A stretch of 32,000 bases of DNA from NCBI RefSeq assembly GCF_003057615.1, contig NZ_QAFW01000008.1, positions 19,122 through 51,121 of the forward strand, written 5' to 3'. Below the pieces are notes generated by a model. The model had not been told where the DNA came from. It did no database searches and was given only the letters and a program-made list of their open reading frames with translations. The position numbers and the translations under genes were made by a program. The first letter of the stretch is position 1; the number at the start of each line of letters is the position of its first letter. The stretch is from Metalysinibacillus jejuensis. Lineage in GTDB: Bacteria; Bacillota; Bacilli; Bacillales_A; Planococcaceae. This document shows positions 16,869 to 27,826 of the stretch, one piece after another.

Positions 16869-18242
16869 TTATCCAAGTAATTGTTTCGCTTGTGCGAGTT
16901 GGGCGGCAACTTGTGTAAAGCCTGTGCCACCCAGTGAGTTGCGTCGGCTAACGGCTGCAGTTGGCGCTAGCACGTCGTATACGTCGGCTTCGATTAAGGC
17001 GCTCTCCTTTTGCATATCCGCAAGTGGTAAGTCGAGTAAATAGTAGCCGCGCTGAATGCACGTAAATACAAGTTTACCTGTTACCTCATGTGCCTCACGG
17101 AATGGCATGCCTTTTGTTGCAAGATAATCGGCAAGTTCCGTCGCATTCGAGAAGTCACTATGCACCGCTTCGTGCAGGCGCTTCGTATTTACCGTCATCG
17201 TACGCACCATGCCCTCAAAGATTTTAAGCGAGCCAACCAGTGTATGCACCGTATCAAACATGCCCTCTTTATCTTCCTGCATATCTTTGTTATACGTTAG
17301 CGGTGTGCCTTTTAGGACCGTTAGTAAGCCCATTAGATTACCGTACACGCGCCCTGTTTTACCACGGATTAACTCTGCCATATCAGGGTTTTTCTTTTGT
17401 GGCATGATCGATGAGCCTGTCGAAAAGGCATCGTCTAGCTCGATAAATTTAAACTCATCCGTTGACCATAAAATGATTTCTTCGGCAAAGCGTGATAAGT
17501 GTGCCATAACGAGTGAGCTATTGCTTAAAAACTCTACGATAAAGTCGCGGTCACTTACCGCATCCATGGAGTTAGCGTACACACTGCTAAAGCCGAGTAG
17601 CTCCGCGCTTAGTTCGCGGTCAATGGGGAAAGTTGTACCTGCCATTGCCCCTGCGCCAAGCGGCGAAATATCAATACGTTTTAGTGACTCCGTAAAGCGT
17701 GCTTTGTCACGCTCAAGCATCCAAAAGTACGTCAGTAAGTGATGTGCAAATGAAATGGGCTGCGCACGTTGCAAGTGTGTATAGCCTGGCGCAATCGTTT
17801 CGACATGTTGTTCAGCCTGCGCTACAATCGTTTGTTGGAAGGCTGTCAGTAGCTCGATAATTTCGGTTACGCGATTTTTTAAAAATAAATGCATATCTGT
17901 TGCGACCTGATCATTACGGCTACGCCCTGTGTGGAGCTTGCCGCCGACTGGTCCGATTTCGTCAATCAGCATTTTTTCGAGATTTAAATGAATGTCTTCA
18001 TTCGCTACCTCAAATACAAGCTCACCTTTTACTGCCTTATCCTGTAATGTCGCAAGTCCTGCTAAAATCGCAGTTACGTCAGCCTGCGGTAAAATACCGC
18101 ACTTGCCAAGCATTGTGACATGCGCCACGCTGCCTGTAATATCCTCTAGTACGAGTTGTTGGTCAAAGCCGATAGATGCCCCAAACTCGTCGACCCAGCT
18201 TTCGGCTGATTTTTGAAAACGACCGCCCCATAATTTTGTCAT
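16869..18242 (-). CDS. argH: Argininosuccinate lyase
   Basis: N-terminus [11 protein letters not shown]. Fumarate-lyase signature [12 protein letters not shown]. Length 457 aa. Directly downstream of argG. Confidence 0.97.
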   Translation of the reverse strand: MTKLWGGRFQKSAESWVDEFGASIGFDQQLVLEDITGSVAHVTMLGKCGILPQADVTAILAGLATLQDKAVKGELVFEVANEDIHLNLEKMLIDEIGPVGGKLHTGRSRNDQVATDMHLFLKNRVTEIIELLTAFQQTIVAQAEQHVETIAPGYTHLQRAQPISFAHHLLTYFWMLERDKARFTESLKRIDISPLGAGAMAGTTFPIDRELSAELLGFSSVYANSMDAVSDRDFIVEFLSNSSLVMAHLSRFAEEIILWSTDEFKFIELDDAFSTGSSIMPQKKNPDMAELIRGKTGRVYGNLMGLLTVLKGTPLTYNKDMQEDKEGMFDTVHTLVGSLKIFEGMVRTMTVNTKRLHEAVHSDFSNATELADYLATKGMPFREAHEVTGKLVFTCIQRGYYLLDLPLADMQKESALIEADVYDVLAPTAAVSRRNSLGGTGFTQVAAQLAQAKQLLG

Positions 18243-18255
18243 TGCACGTCTCTCC

Positions 18256-19443
18256 TTACTTATTTACTGATGAGTTTACTACTGTTGGTAAGCCCCATAG
18301 CTCAATGAAGCCAACCGCCGAATCATGGTTAAACATATCTTCACGTGAGTACGTAGCGAGTTTTTCGTTGTAAAGTGAATTTGGTGATTTACGTCCTTCT
18401 ACAATGGCATGCCCTTTAAATAATTTAACGCGCACTGTACCGTTCACGTACTGCTGTGTATCTTTTAAGAACGCTTGTAGTGATTCACGCAGTGGTGAGA
18501 ACCATAAACCATCATAAATTAATTCCGTTAGTTTTTTCTCGATTACTGGTTTAAAGTGTGCCAGCTCTTTTACTAATGTAATGTCTTCAAGCTCTTTATG
18601 CGCCGTTAACAATACTTTTGCGCCTGGGATTTCGTATACTTCACGCGATTTAATACCAACTAAACGGTTTTCGACGTGATCGATACGACCAATGCCGTGC
18701 TTACCTGCAACTTCGTTTAAGGTTTGGATTAAGTCAGCGAGTTTCATTGCCTCGCCGTTTAACATAATTGGCGTACCATTTTTAAACTCGATTTCTACGA
18801 CTTCTGCCGTATCTGGTGTTTTTTCTAATGGGTTTGTTAGGCCGTATGCTTCTTCAGGTGGTGCTACCCAAGGGTCTTCCATAATACCCGCTTCGTTGGC
18901 ACGTCCCCATAAGTTTTGGTCAATTGAGAATGGTGAGTCTTTTGTTGCTGGCACTGGCACGTTATGTTCGAGCGCGTATTCGATTTCTTCGTCGCGGCTC
19001 CATGCCCAGTCACGTACGGGTGCAAGCACCTCTAAGTCAGGGTTTAATGCTTTAATCGAAACCTCAAAACGCACTTGGTCATTACCTTTACCTGTGCAGC
19101 CATGTGCGACAGCTTGTGCGCCTGTTTGATTGGCAATCTCTACTAATTTTTTAGAAATCAGTGGACGAGATAGCGCTGATACTAATGGGTACTTTTGCTC
19201 GTACCATGTATGTGCTTGTAATGAAATGAGTGCGTAGTTTTCGGCAAACTCATCTTTTGCATCTACCATATATGATTCAATTGCACCAACTTGCAGTGCT
19301 TTGTTTTTAATAAACTCAAGGTCTTTACCTTCACCAACGTCAAGGCATACTGCAATTACGTCCCAACCTTGTCCTTTTAAATAAGGAATTGCTACTGATG
19401 TGTCTAATCCGCCTGAATAGGCAAGTACTACTTTTTTTGTCAT
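18256..19443 (-). CDS. argG: Argininosuccinate synthase
   Basis: [12 protein letters not shown]-pyrophosphatase motif, [13 protein letters not shown], length 395 aa. Confidence 0.97.
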   Translation of the reverse strand: MTKKVVLAYSGGLDTSVAIPYLKGQGWDVIAVCLDVGEGKDLEFIKNKALQVGAIESYMVDAKDEFAENYALISLQAHTWYEQKYPLVSALSRPLISKKLVEIANQTGAQAVAHGCTGKGNDQVRFEVSIKALNPDLEVLAPVRDWAWSRDEEIEYALEHNVPVPATKDSPFSIDQNLWGRANEAGIMEDPWVAPPEEAYGLTNPLEKTPDTAEVVEIEFKNGTPIMLNGEAMKLADLIQTLNEVAGKHGIGRIDHVENRLVGIKSREVYEIPGAKVLLTAHKELEDITLVKELAHFKPVIEKKLTELIYDGLWFSPLRESLQAFLKDTQQYVNGTVRVKLFKGHAIVEGRKSPNSLYNEKLATYSREDMFNHDSAVGFIELWGLPTVVNSSVNK

Positions 19444-19477
19444 AATGTTTCCGCCTCCGTTGTTTTATGATGTTGGT

Positions 19478-19506
19478 ATCTTATCATGGTATAAAAATGA
19501 GCGCAA
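19478..19506 (-). promoter_or_regulatory. Putative sigma-A promoter of argGH
   Basis: On the minus strand: TTGCGC (19506-19501), 17-nt spacer, TAAGAT (19483-19478), with TG at the extended -10 position. Confidence 0.35.
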
Positions 19507-19725
19507 GTGTATTTTTATAAATTCTTATCCTTTCTTTTAGCCAAACGCTTATTTTGGCTAATTTGCCGCATTTGCTAACTAATTTACGTAGCTTTTATCT
19601 TTTTTCACATCTAGCGTTTATACTTTAAGGTAAGGAGATTCCTTATATATAAACTGCTCGAAATGTTGGCGAAATCGAGCGATGCATATATAAATTTGAA
19701 AGCTTAATCACAATTCAAACTATAA

Positions 19726-21777
19726 TTAGTCAACAAAAATCACTTTTTGCATAAGCATTTGATTATTCTGATAAAATGGTACATCTGTATTTCCAAGAAC
19801 TGTTGGAGGAACATTTGAGAGTTCATTAAGGTTATCCATCGGGACAACAACGCTCCTTGCACCGTTCTCGGACAACATTGTCACTTTGTCAGCAAAATTA
19901 GTTACTCGTTCAATCGCTCCACCTATAGAAATATTTCCTAGTACTGCAAGGCCGGGCTTTAGATTCTTTTTATAAAGTGCTGAAATAATCGCAACATAGA
20001 CTGCTGAACCTATACCTGATGAGATACCAGCTCCTAATAAGTTCGTGACTTGAATAGTGATGTCGTAATTTTTTAACGAATGTTTATCACTCAAGATCGT
20101 CGTCTCGTTAGCTTTTATATACTGGTATGTATTTTTAATATTTTCTTTTACACCTATATTATTTACACCAGTTATATTTAATTTCCCTGATCCGACTACT
20201 ATTGCTGTTTCAATTCTCACTAAAGCAACATTTTCACCATCACTTGTACTTGTATAACAAACACCTGGTGACAAAGGGGTACTTTCGATAAGATTTGATC
20301 CTTTTTCTTCAGGTAAGCCAACAAAAAATTCTTCTTGTGTTTCCTTGTCAATATAAGAAAAATTCGTATCCCAAAACTCCATACCGCCGATACGCTTCAA
20401 TTGCTCTTTCACTCGACGACGCATCTCTAACGCTATTTCTAAATATTCTTTAACATCGTCTTTTGTATATTCTCCATCAGGATGCATTAATTTTATAAAA
20501 CCTGACACTGTCTTTTTAACAGGTTTAGTATCACGTTGTTTCAAATGTGATCCAAGAGAATAAAATTTTTCAACTACATCCGTGTATGTTACACGTCTTA
20601 ATGATTTTAACGACTCAGAAAAATAGTCTGTACTAAAACCAAAACTTGATGTGAAATGTTGTGGAGCAAATTTTATCATCTCCCAACCTGGAAGATAGAA
20701 ATGGATCCTGTCAAGAAACGCTGTATCATTTTTCACTTCATCTGAAAGCGGACTAAACAGATGTGATGTTTGCAAGACTGTTTCAACAGGTTGATTGATA
20801 TTACCATTTAAGATGATAGAAGCAACTCCCGTTATTTCACCGCCAGCACCGGCTCGTGAGAAAGAACCAGATTCCATATAATCTTTCATTAATGGAACAG
20901 CATCTCTATCTTTAAAAATCTTATCCGTTGCCTCGTCAAAACAAATCGCATCCCATTGTCCTACTGCTCCAACTTTACCAGTTGATCCATGGACGAATAA
21001 CTTTGCAACAGTTCCTTGACCACCAGAAATCAATACTGCATAAGGTGTCAATTCTTTAAACACAAAAGATTTACCAGTAGAACGTGGTCCAAGTTCGATA
21101 AAATTGAAATTTGATTCTACCATAGGAAGTAATCTTGATAATAGAAGCATTTTAGTTCTATAATTCATGCCCTCAGCATTCGGCTCATAACCACAACTTC
21201 TTAATATAATGTCGAGCCATTCACTCTTTGTAAATTCTTTACGTTTATTAATAATCTTAGTATTATCAAAGCTAGACAACTGAATAGGCTTTATTTCTGT
21301 AATTACAAAAGGGAAAATATTTTGACCAACTTTTATATTAGGGTCATATTCTACATCGACTATTGCCCAAATCCCCCCCATTAATAACTTCTCATGTTGT
21401 TTCACAAGAGCATCACTAATATTTCCGTCTTTAATATTTATATTTTGTAACTTTGCCCAGTAAACATCCTTTTTTGAATCTAATTCAACCGATATTTTAT
21501 CAATAATTTTAAAGCGACCTCTCTCACGAATCCTAGATTGGATTAAAGTGCTTTCTTCTGGGTTAACGTAATGTTCACTTAGTACCTTTTTAACATTTTC
21601 CATACCGATTCTAATTTTTTCATCATCATCTGTTGAACAAGAATTCGCTATTAAAAACTCTAATACAAACACAGGAACATTCGCTCCAACTTTTACAGAA
21701 CGAACGAGATCCTTCTTTACAACAAATCCTCGGAAATGATCTAGTAACTTTTTATCTAAGTCATCCAATATAACCAT
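19726..21777 (-). CDS. brxL: BREX Lon-like protease BrxL
   Basis: AAA-type Walker A IELGPRSTGKSFVF. C-terminal Lon-protease-like domain. About 683 aa. Last gene after pglZ. ATG 21777, 8 nt after GGAGG, is preferred over track GTG 21792. Confidence 0.9.
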   Translation of the reverse strand: MVILDDLDKKLLDHFRGFVVKKDLVRSVKVGANVPVFVLEFLIANSCSTDDDEKIRIGMENVKKVLSEHYVNPEESTLIQSRIRERGRFKIIDKISVELDSKKDVYWAKLQNINIKDGNISDALVKQHEKLLMGGIWAIVDVEYDPNIKVGQNIFPFVITEIKPIQLSSFDNTKIINKRKEFTKSEWLDIILRSCGYEPNAEGMNYRTKMLLLSRLLPMVESNFNFIELGPRSTGKSFVFKELTPYAVLISGGQGTVAKLFVHGSTGKVGAVGQWDAICFDEATDKIFKDRDAVPLMKDYMESGSFSRAGAGGEITGVASIILNGNINQPVETVLQTSHLFSPLSDEVKNDTAFLDRIHFYLPGWEMIKFAPQHFTSSFGFSTDYFSESLKSLRRVTYTDVVEKFYSLGSHLKQRDTKPVKKTVSGFIKLMHPDGEYTKDDVKEYLEIALEMRRRVKEQLKRIGGMEFWDTNFSYIDKETQEEFFVGLPEEKGSNLIESTPLSPGVCYTSTSDGENVALVRIETAIVVGSGKLNITGVNNIGVKENIKNTYQYIKANETTILSDKHSLKNYDITIQVTNLLGAGISSGIGSAVYVAIISALYKKNLKPGLAVLGNISIGGAIERVTNFADKVTMLSENGARSVVVPMDNLNELSNVPPTVLGNTDVPFYQNNQMLMQKVIFVD

Positions 21778-21840
21778 AACTACCGCCTCCACTCACCACA
21801 AATACATACTCTTTAGAAATTTCATTTGATTCGTAAATCC

Positions 21841-24078
21841 TTAGAATAGCCCACCTAAATCTCTAGCATTATTTTGTTTAACAACTGCAAAATCTAGCTG
21901 CTTTTTTGTGGTAGCATCTAAAAGTTGAATTTCAATTTCAGAATTGCCATCAAATGAATACTCTTTAATAATTAGCTCATTTCGTTGAATCGTGAATATA
22001 TCACTCTTGTTAAATTGCTGTTTGTTTGCAAAGAAAGCTAAGTAAACTTTTCTATCTAAAGAAAATAAATCTCCTTCACCATTCTCAGCCTGTATCTTTA
22101 CTGAGAACAGCTCACCAGTAACATCTTTCAACTCTACTTTATTTGCAATTTTAACCAATAGTGACACTGTGGAAGTTGCAGAACGTTCCCAACAGAAATA
22201 AGGCGTAACTAACTCTTGTGGTGATAATCCCCCATGCGAATATCCATATAGACCGGGAGTTTTGAAAGGATTAATATTCTTCGCAAAGTATAGATACTCA
22301 TATTGCTTATAACTCCTTTTAGCTTCAATTAGCGATGGTAAATGGTCCGATAGTTTACTTTCTGTCCTAATATATCGTTCCGACTTTTCAAATACAACAC
22401 TTGGAGAAATTGAAATCTTGTCTGCTTCAGTTAATAATCCTGTTAATACAAACCCATGGTCTGAAATTAGATAAACTTTTTCATAACTGCTAGATAATAG
22501 CAGTGAAATCTTTGCAGCAAAAAATTCGACTGTTTCGGGTAAATATTTAAGAGCTTTTTGCTGAAGCTTTTCACCCATATCATCGATGTCTTTGTACGTA
22601 CAAATTAAAAATTGTTCAGCTTTTACTTCTTCACTTACCTCATCAAGACGAAGAAACGCAATTGATACACCTAGATTTTGAGATACAAGGTACTTTTCTC
22701 TATTGCTTTGAACCGATTCTATTACACCATTATCCATATAGATACGGCTCATGTTATTTTCAGTCTCACTAGGAAAATCCGCAAGAATTACAGCCTTTGT
22801 GAGATTTTCCGAGCCTCTAACTTTACTAGCCACTTGCTCAGCTAATTCGTAAGTAACACCATCTCCAACAATTATAGCCGTCTTTATACCGTCATTTTCA
22901 GCAATGATTCGCTGTAACGTTCCAGTCTGATTTTCTTTATAATCACTCCAATATTCGAACCATTTTTCAAGAAAAATCGATAAATATTCCTTATAAAGGT
23001 CCTGAAATGGCTCAAGGAGGTCTTGATTATTAAGAAATTCTGTATACAAGTTACGTATTGCTGTATCTAATTTGAAAAAATAATTTCGATAGTAATCCAT
23101 ACATTCATTGAATGAACTTAAATAATTAATATTTTTCGAATCAAATTCAAGTAAAGTAATGATGTCAGACCAAAATAGAATATTTAGAGCTTTTGCTTGT
23201 TTACTTTGGTGACGTTGACGTATTTTAGAAAGAATATTAGAAATATAATCTTTATCCATAATTCTTTCTCCAATTTCCGCAAGCCATTTCTCGTCTATTT
23301 GTCGAAATGGATGATTTATATTTACATCCCAAGTTCCTATATTAGAAATTAATACGTACTTATCAAGATAGTCGTTAAATGATTGTTTGTAGGTAACCGA
23401 ATCCAGCCAGTTTTCATATACTTCATAAAGTATTTTGTTACAATCGTCTTTGGCTAAGCCATCAAACATAGATTCAACTACTTCACTTGCGAGTGTCGTA
23501 GCAGGCTTGGGGATGTAATCTATATCAAGTAATTCGTTCACTTCTCGATAAAATGTTTCAAGAAGTTGAGCATCGAAACTTTTTTTAGAATAAGTAGTTG
23601 GATCATGAACAAACGGTAGAAGCTCTTTTTCTAGGTTAAAGATTTCAGCAGACCCTTTATGACTTAAATCCATCCAGTATGTCTGATCTTTTCCGATACT
23701 AACTTTTGCTGCAGTAATCAGTCTTTCCTTGGAAAGATTGATATTTATATTAAGAGACTGATGTACCTTGTCCTTAATATAATTCTGCAAATAGCGAATT
23801 TCTAAGCTTCCACACGTCTCACAATACTCCCGGATGAACTTAAGTTCATCTTTTTTTAATTGAGTATAGATTAAAAATTTCTCATTACTTGGTTGAGCCT
23901 TTTCAATCAGATACTTCACTCGCAACTCTTCTACTTCATCCTCTGGTCGATATATGATGTATTCACTTTTTACGGTTTGTAATAAAAACTCCGCTTCACC
24001 AGATTCATCGATAAAAACAGCTATTGGATGGTTGTCAAAAATGTCTGTTAAATCTTTTTTGAACCAAATATCAATCAT
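21841..24078 (-). CDS. pglZ: BREX alkaline-phosphatase-superfamily protein PglZ
   Basis: PglZ-domain motifs AIIVGDGVTYELAE, LISDHGF, GYSHGGLSPQELVTPY. Positioned between pglX and brxL. Confidence 0.9.
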   Translation of the reverse strand: MIDIWFKKDLTDIFDNHPIAVFIDESGEAEFLLQTVKSEYIIYRPEDEVEELRVKYLIEKAQPSNEKFLIYTQLKKDELKFIREYCETCGSLEIRYLQNYIKDKVHQSLNININLSKERLITAAKVSIGKDQTYWMDLSHKGSAEIFNLEKELLPFVHDPTTYSKKSFDAQLLETFYREVNELLDIDYIPKPATTLASEVVESMFDGLAKDDCNKILYEVYENWLDSVTYKQSFNDYLDKYVLISNIGTWDVNINHPFRQIDEKWLAEIGERIMDKDYISNILSKIRQRHQSKQAKALNILFWSDIITLLEFDSKNINYLSSFNECMDYYRNYFFKLDTAIRNLYTEFLNNQDLLEPFQDLYKEYLSIFLEKWFEYWSDYKENQTGTLQRIIAENDGIKTAIIVGDGVTYELAEQVASKVRGSENLTKAVILADFPSETENNMSRIYMDNGVIESVQSNREKYLVSQNLGVSIAFLRLDEVSEEVKAEQFLICTYKDIDDMGEKLQQKALKYLPETVEFFAAKISLLLSSSYEKVYLISDHGFVLTGLLTEADKISISPSVVFEKSERYIRTESKLSDHLPSLIEAKRSYKQYEYLYFAKNINPFKTPGLYGYSHGGLSPQELVTPYFCWERSATSTVSLLVKIANKVELKDVTGELFSVKIQAENGEGDLFSLDRKVYLAFFANKQQFNKSDIFTIQRNELIIKEYSFDGNSEIEIQLLDATTKKQLDFAVVKQNNARDLGGLF

Positions 24079-24091
24079 AACTCAGACCCCC

Positions 24092-27000
24092 CTACCAATC
24101 CGCATTAAGATACTTTTTAAGTTGACCAGCATTAAGTACAGCATAAGGAATCATGCCTTTTTTCTGCAATGGTGCAATATTTTTACCAACCCCATCGTCA
24201 AGGATTGGATTATATCCTTCGGAAAGAAGTTCATCAATCTTTTCTTTAAATGCTTCAATCTCTTTTAATTGTTTAAAAATCCGATCTTTTTCATTCTGCG
24301 CCTCCGCACTTTCATTCCCAGCAAGATCACTTTGACGATTAACCAAGGAACGCTCACGGTGCTCGATATAGACAGAACGCAGACGCATTAGTTTATCTCG
24401 GCTCCATTTGTAGATAATGATGTAACAATCAAAGCCCTGTTCTGGACCGCTGGAAAGATGCCAGATGAATGGAGTAGCAGGTAGCTGCTTAAATAACTTT
24501 AAGTGATCGGATAATTCTGCAAACAAATATTTATTAAGATAATCATGGATAGAGTAGCCTAGGACCGTATAAAAACTGGTGTATTGGGCTGAGCTAAAGC
24601 CTTTCTCTCGGAATTTTTCTTCAATACGATTTTGCATTTCCTTTTCACCTGCATTAGGCACTAATGGGATTATGCCGTCTTCATCCTCCATGAGAATTTC
24701 CCTAATCATATTAACCAAAAATTCCATTGCTAGTGAATGCATCCGCTGCTGTGGAATCACATTACTCTGCTTAAACCAGTACCACACATTGATGGGATTG
24801 ACATGATGATGAATACAGAACTCTTCAAGATTATTATTGCCATTATAAAGATTTGGAAAACTACTTGTAACCTTTTCACGCTCTTCAAAGGTAAATTCTC
24901 TAGTTGGAAGTGAATCGATAAAATAACGAATTTCATGCAATGGGAACCCTTTGGTCGCTTCAGTTTCAGCAAGATAGGAAGTACGTGCATCAGGCAGAAC
25001 TGGCAGACTTCCAATGCTCTCTCCTTCTCCTTCTAAAACCATAGCCTTGTCCTTTTCAGTTAGGTCGTATATCTCAAAGATTTTTTCATTAATGATGGCT
25101 TCGTTTATTAGAACCTGAGTGAGTAGATGATTTTCATAATTTAGATATCTCTTTAAATTATCCTTAGCAGAAAACTTTCCTTCTCTTGATTCAAGAGGAC
25201 TTCGTTTATAAGTTTTTTCAACTAAGCTATTTGTAAAAATTTTATCTTGTATTTCAATATTCTTTTTAGATAGAGAAGTTATAAATTTTTCCGAATCTTG
25301 AGTAGGAATAATTACTGGGATACGTTTAATGTCTCCAACCTGAATATTTACAGTAGGATTTAGGCAGTTCGCTATAAAGTAAATTATTTTGGAGTTCAGA
25401 AATGCTAAAAAATAGTATACATTGTCAAAATCACCCTCAATGAATATACTTGATCCTCCTACGTCGAAAATACATCCTTCAGGTAAATAACGAAACGAAA
25501 CTCCCTTTGATCCAGAAGCAGAATAAGTAATACCTTCACGGAAATAGTACTTTCTATTAACTGCGATTCCACCTGGAGTATTTATCGTATTAAGATATTT
25601 GCACCACTCAATAATCTCTTCACCATCGTTTTTCCAGTTTACTACAGCCCATAAGTTACCAGACCATTTTTGGTAAGAGCCACCTTTTGAATATGGAAAC
25701 CATTTATCATTTTTCGAAGTTTCCCCATCACTGGAAACCTCCCACCAGAAGCGAAGAAATCTATTATTATTACCAGTTTTTAAACCTACTCGAACACCGA
25801 GATAATCATCCACAGTTTTTTCTGTAAACTTCTCCCGGAAGTCATCAGAAATCCAGTAAATAAACGGCCAGGATTTGATAATCTTTAGTTTGGTTTGTGA
25901 AATGGTGTATGAATGCGCTTCTAGTAATCCTGAAACGAAGTTATCATAAATTTCGCTAAATATTTCTGGTTTGTTTGTATGATTTTTATATTTTTTTAAG
26001 TCGAAGTAAGTTCCCTCTGTTTCAGTTTTCCCTTTCTCAAGAACGTACATTACTACATCTACTTGGACGTCAGAATTTGAGAATACGCCACCAAGACCTA
26101 GTTCAACCAATAAATTGATGTTTGTCTCTGTCAGAATAAACTTACGTACATCTTCAAATGTTTTGATATACATGAATGTTAACGGGTGAAGCATCGCTAC
26201 AAAACCATTTTCTCCAACAAGGTCAAAGCAACGTTTAATAAATGTAGCATATAAATTTGTGTGGAACTTGTATGGCTTTTTGTAATTGTCTTCTACAAAT
26301 TTCTTTAACTCCGTTCCAAAGTCTGCACTGTCAGTATATGGTGGGTTGGCAGTGGCTACGTCGTATTCTGTAGTTAGCAATTCAAGGAAAGTGATGGCAT
26401 CTTTTGTTTTGCTAGTTAGGAAGCTACTCCCCTTAGTTTGTGCATATAGCTCAACAGCTGTTTTTAAATTTTTAAAAAATGTTGTTGAAAAATTTTCTTC
26501 TTCTGTCAAAAAGGCTGATGTAAATAGTGTAAACTCTCCTGCATCAATCTTCCCCTGAACTTCACTTAGTCTCGATTTAAGTTTTTCGTCTAACCGAATC
26601 AGCGAGCCAAATTTATAGGCATGTTGTAAATCTGACCATACTTCTTCAATCAGATCTTGCTGTTTACTATCTAAGTTATTTCCTTCAGTGAAAATGTGTT
26701 TTACTGAGGAATAATCTGGTAAATAAAAATCAGAAGAAACGACATTATAAGAAAGTTCACCAATGGTTCTTCGTTTTTTCTTCGCTTTAATAAACAGTCC
26801 TAGTTGAGCTAATTGTACGGCTCGATCGTCCAAATCAATGCCATGCAGGTTGTTCTCGATAATTAATTTAGGAATATCCTTTTTATCATACTCCCCATCA
26901 TGGTTGTCGATTTGATCAATATAAAGTTCATAGAAAAAGTCAAACGCATACAACATGAAGTTTCCAGACCCACAAGCTGGATCAATCAATTTTATTTCGT

Positions 27001-27811
27001 GTAATGGTTTGATTGCTCTTTCCTTTGCTTGAGGAGGATTGGCGATTTTGTAACGGTTTTTAATTTCGGAATCTGGGTACATTTCTAGATAAATTTTCCC
27101 AAGTGAATTTTCTACTAAAAACTTCACTACCCACTGCGGTGTATATACTTGTGATTGTAGTGATACCTTGTTAAATTCTGTTTTATCACCACTATCCTTA
27201 TGCATTTTTTTCTTGTTATTGTTATAGCTTTCATATAGCCAACCAAGAACATCATCACTTGACCAAATGGCCGCATCTACTTGAGCATCTTTTTCTACTT
27301 CGTTAAATGCGTCGATGATTTCATTTAAACTAATCGCATCAGGTAACAAGCCGTATGGATAAGTATTACTGTAAAGCAGAAGATTGCTTCCTAGCTCATT
27401 AAATGCATATTCAATATACTCTCGAATTCCTTCTAGTTCCTCTGAACGCATATGTGGGTTAATCTCAAGCCACGCTTTATGTCCAAAAGAACGATCACCA
27501 TGCTCCGATAGTTTTGTTAACACAGGTGCAAATAGTGACGAAGCCTCCATTACTTTTACAGCTGCTAAACGATTAAATAATGTAAAAGTTAACTCATCTA
27601 TTAATTTTTCTCGTGCGCCTTCATAATTTCCTATCTCACTTAGATGAGATTCGAGCAACTCTTCAAAACGCACTCGATTCGTTCTATGTTCTAACGGTAG
27701 TTTCTCAATTTCAATTTGTTTCTTTTTCCCAATACCTAAACGAGATAAATTTTTATCGTAAGCTGCTTCAATCAGATTTCTAATTGAATCTACATGTTCC
27801 GAAAGCTTCAT
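24092..27811 (-). CDS. pglX: BREX type 1 N6-adenine DNA methyltransferase PglX
   Basis: SAM-binding LIDPACGSGNF and catalytic ATANPPYTD (NPPY). 1239 aa, the typical PglX size. Flanked by brxC and pglZ. Confidence 0.92.
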   Translation of the reverse strand: MKLSEHVDSIRNLIEAAYDKNLSRLGIGKKKQIEIEKLPLEHRTNRVRFEELLESHLSEIGNYEGAREKLIDELTFTLFNRLAAVKVMEASSLFAPVLTKLSEHGDRSFGHKAWLEINPHMRSEELEGIREYIEYAFNELGSNLLLYSNTYPYGLLPDAISLNEIIDAFNEVEKDAQVDAAIWSSDDVLGWLYESYNNNKKKMHKDSGDKTEFNKVSLQSQVYTPQWVVKFLVENSLGKIYLEMYPDSEIKNRYKIANPPQAKERAIKPLHEIKLIDPACGSGNFMLYAFDFFYELYIDQIDNHDGEYDKKDIPKLIIENNLHGIDLDDRAVQLAQLGLFIKAKKKRRTIGELSYNVVSSDFYLPDYSSVKHIFTEGNNLDSKQQDLIEEVWSDLQHAYKFGSLIRLDEKLKSRLSEVQGKIDAGEFTLFTSAFLTEEENFSTTFFKNLKTAVELYAQTKGSSFLTSKTKDAITFLELLTTEYDVATANPPYTDSADFGTELKKFVEDNYKKPYKFHTNLYATFIKRCFDLVGENGFVAMLHPLTFMYIKTFEDVRKFILTETNINLLVELGLGGVFSNSDVQVDVVMYVLEKGKTETEGTYFDLKKYKNHTNKPEIFSEIYDNFVSGLLEAHSYTISQTKLKIIKSWPFIYWISDDFREKFTEKTVDDYLGVRVGLKTGNNNRFLRFWWEVSSDGETSKNDKWFPYSKGGSYQKWSGNLWAVVNWKNDGEEIIEWCKYLNTINTPGGIAVNRKYYFREGITYSASGSKGVSFRYLPEGCIFDVGGSSIFIEGDFDNVYYFLAFLNSKIIYFIANCLNPTVNIQVGDIKRIPVIIPTQDSEKFITSLSKKNIEIQDKIFTNSLVEKTYKRSPLESREGKFSAKDNLKRYLNYENHLLTQVLINEAIINEKIFEIYDLTEKDKAMVLEGEGESIGSLPVLPDARTSYLAETEATKGFPLHEIRYFIDSLPTREFTFEEREKVTSSFPNLYNGNNNLEEFCIHHHVNPINVWYWFKQSNVIPQQRMHSLAMEFLVNMIREILMEDEDGIIPLVPNAGEKEMQNRIEEKFREKGFSSAQYTSFYTVLGYSIHDYLNKYLFAELSDHLKLFKQLPATPFIWHLSSGPEQGFDCYIIIYKWSRDKLMRLRSVYIEHRERSLVNRQSDLAGNESAEAQNEKDRIFKQLKEIEAFKEKIDELLSEGYNPILDDGVGKNIAPLQKKGMIPYAVLNAGQLKKYLNADW

Positions 27812-27826
27812 TAGTTACCATCCTAT

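Noticed and set aside
16636-19129. Plus-strand ORFs antisense to argH and argG (16636..17043, 17088..17300, 17209..17742, 17900..18118, 17992..18216, 18176..18373, 18692..19129)
   Set aside because: They overlap the highly conserved argH and argG frames. 16636..17043 also crosses the argH terminator and an intergenic region. Their Ser/Pro/Ala-rich translations are typical of shadow ORFs.
19640-19680. Possible brxL terminator hairpin (GCTCGA...TCGAGC)
   Set aside because: Only a 6-bp stem with a 13-nt loop and no following T-run. Not convincing as an intrinsic terminator.
19702-19720. ARG-box-like sequence (TTTGAATTGTGATTAAGC on the minus strand) upstream of argG
   Set aside because: It has several mismatches to the AhrC/ArgR consensus and lies more than 200 bp upstream of the predicted arg promoter, only 6 bp past the brxL stop. 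It could arise by chance in AT-rich sequence.
27205-27211. Homopolymer T7 (A7 on the coding strand) in pglX as a possible phase-variation switch
   Set aside because: Only 7 nt long. Such runs are frequent in AT-rich DNA (a similar run sits at the brxC start), so this is too short to call a contingency locus without population data.
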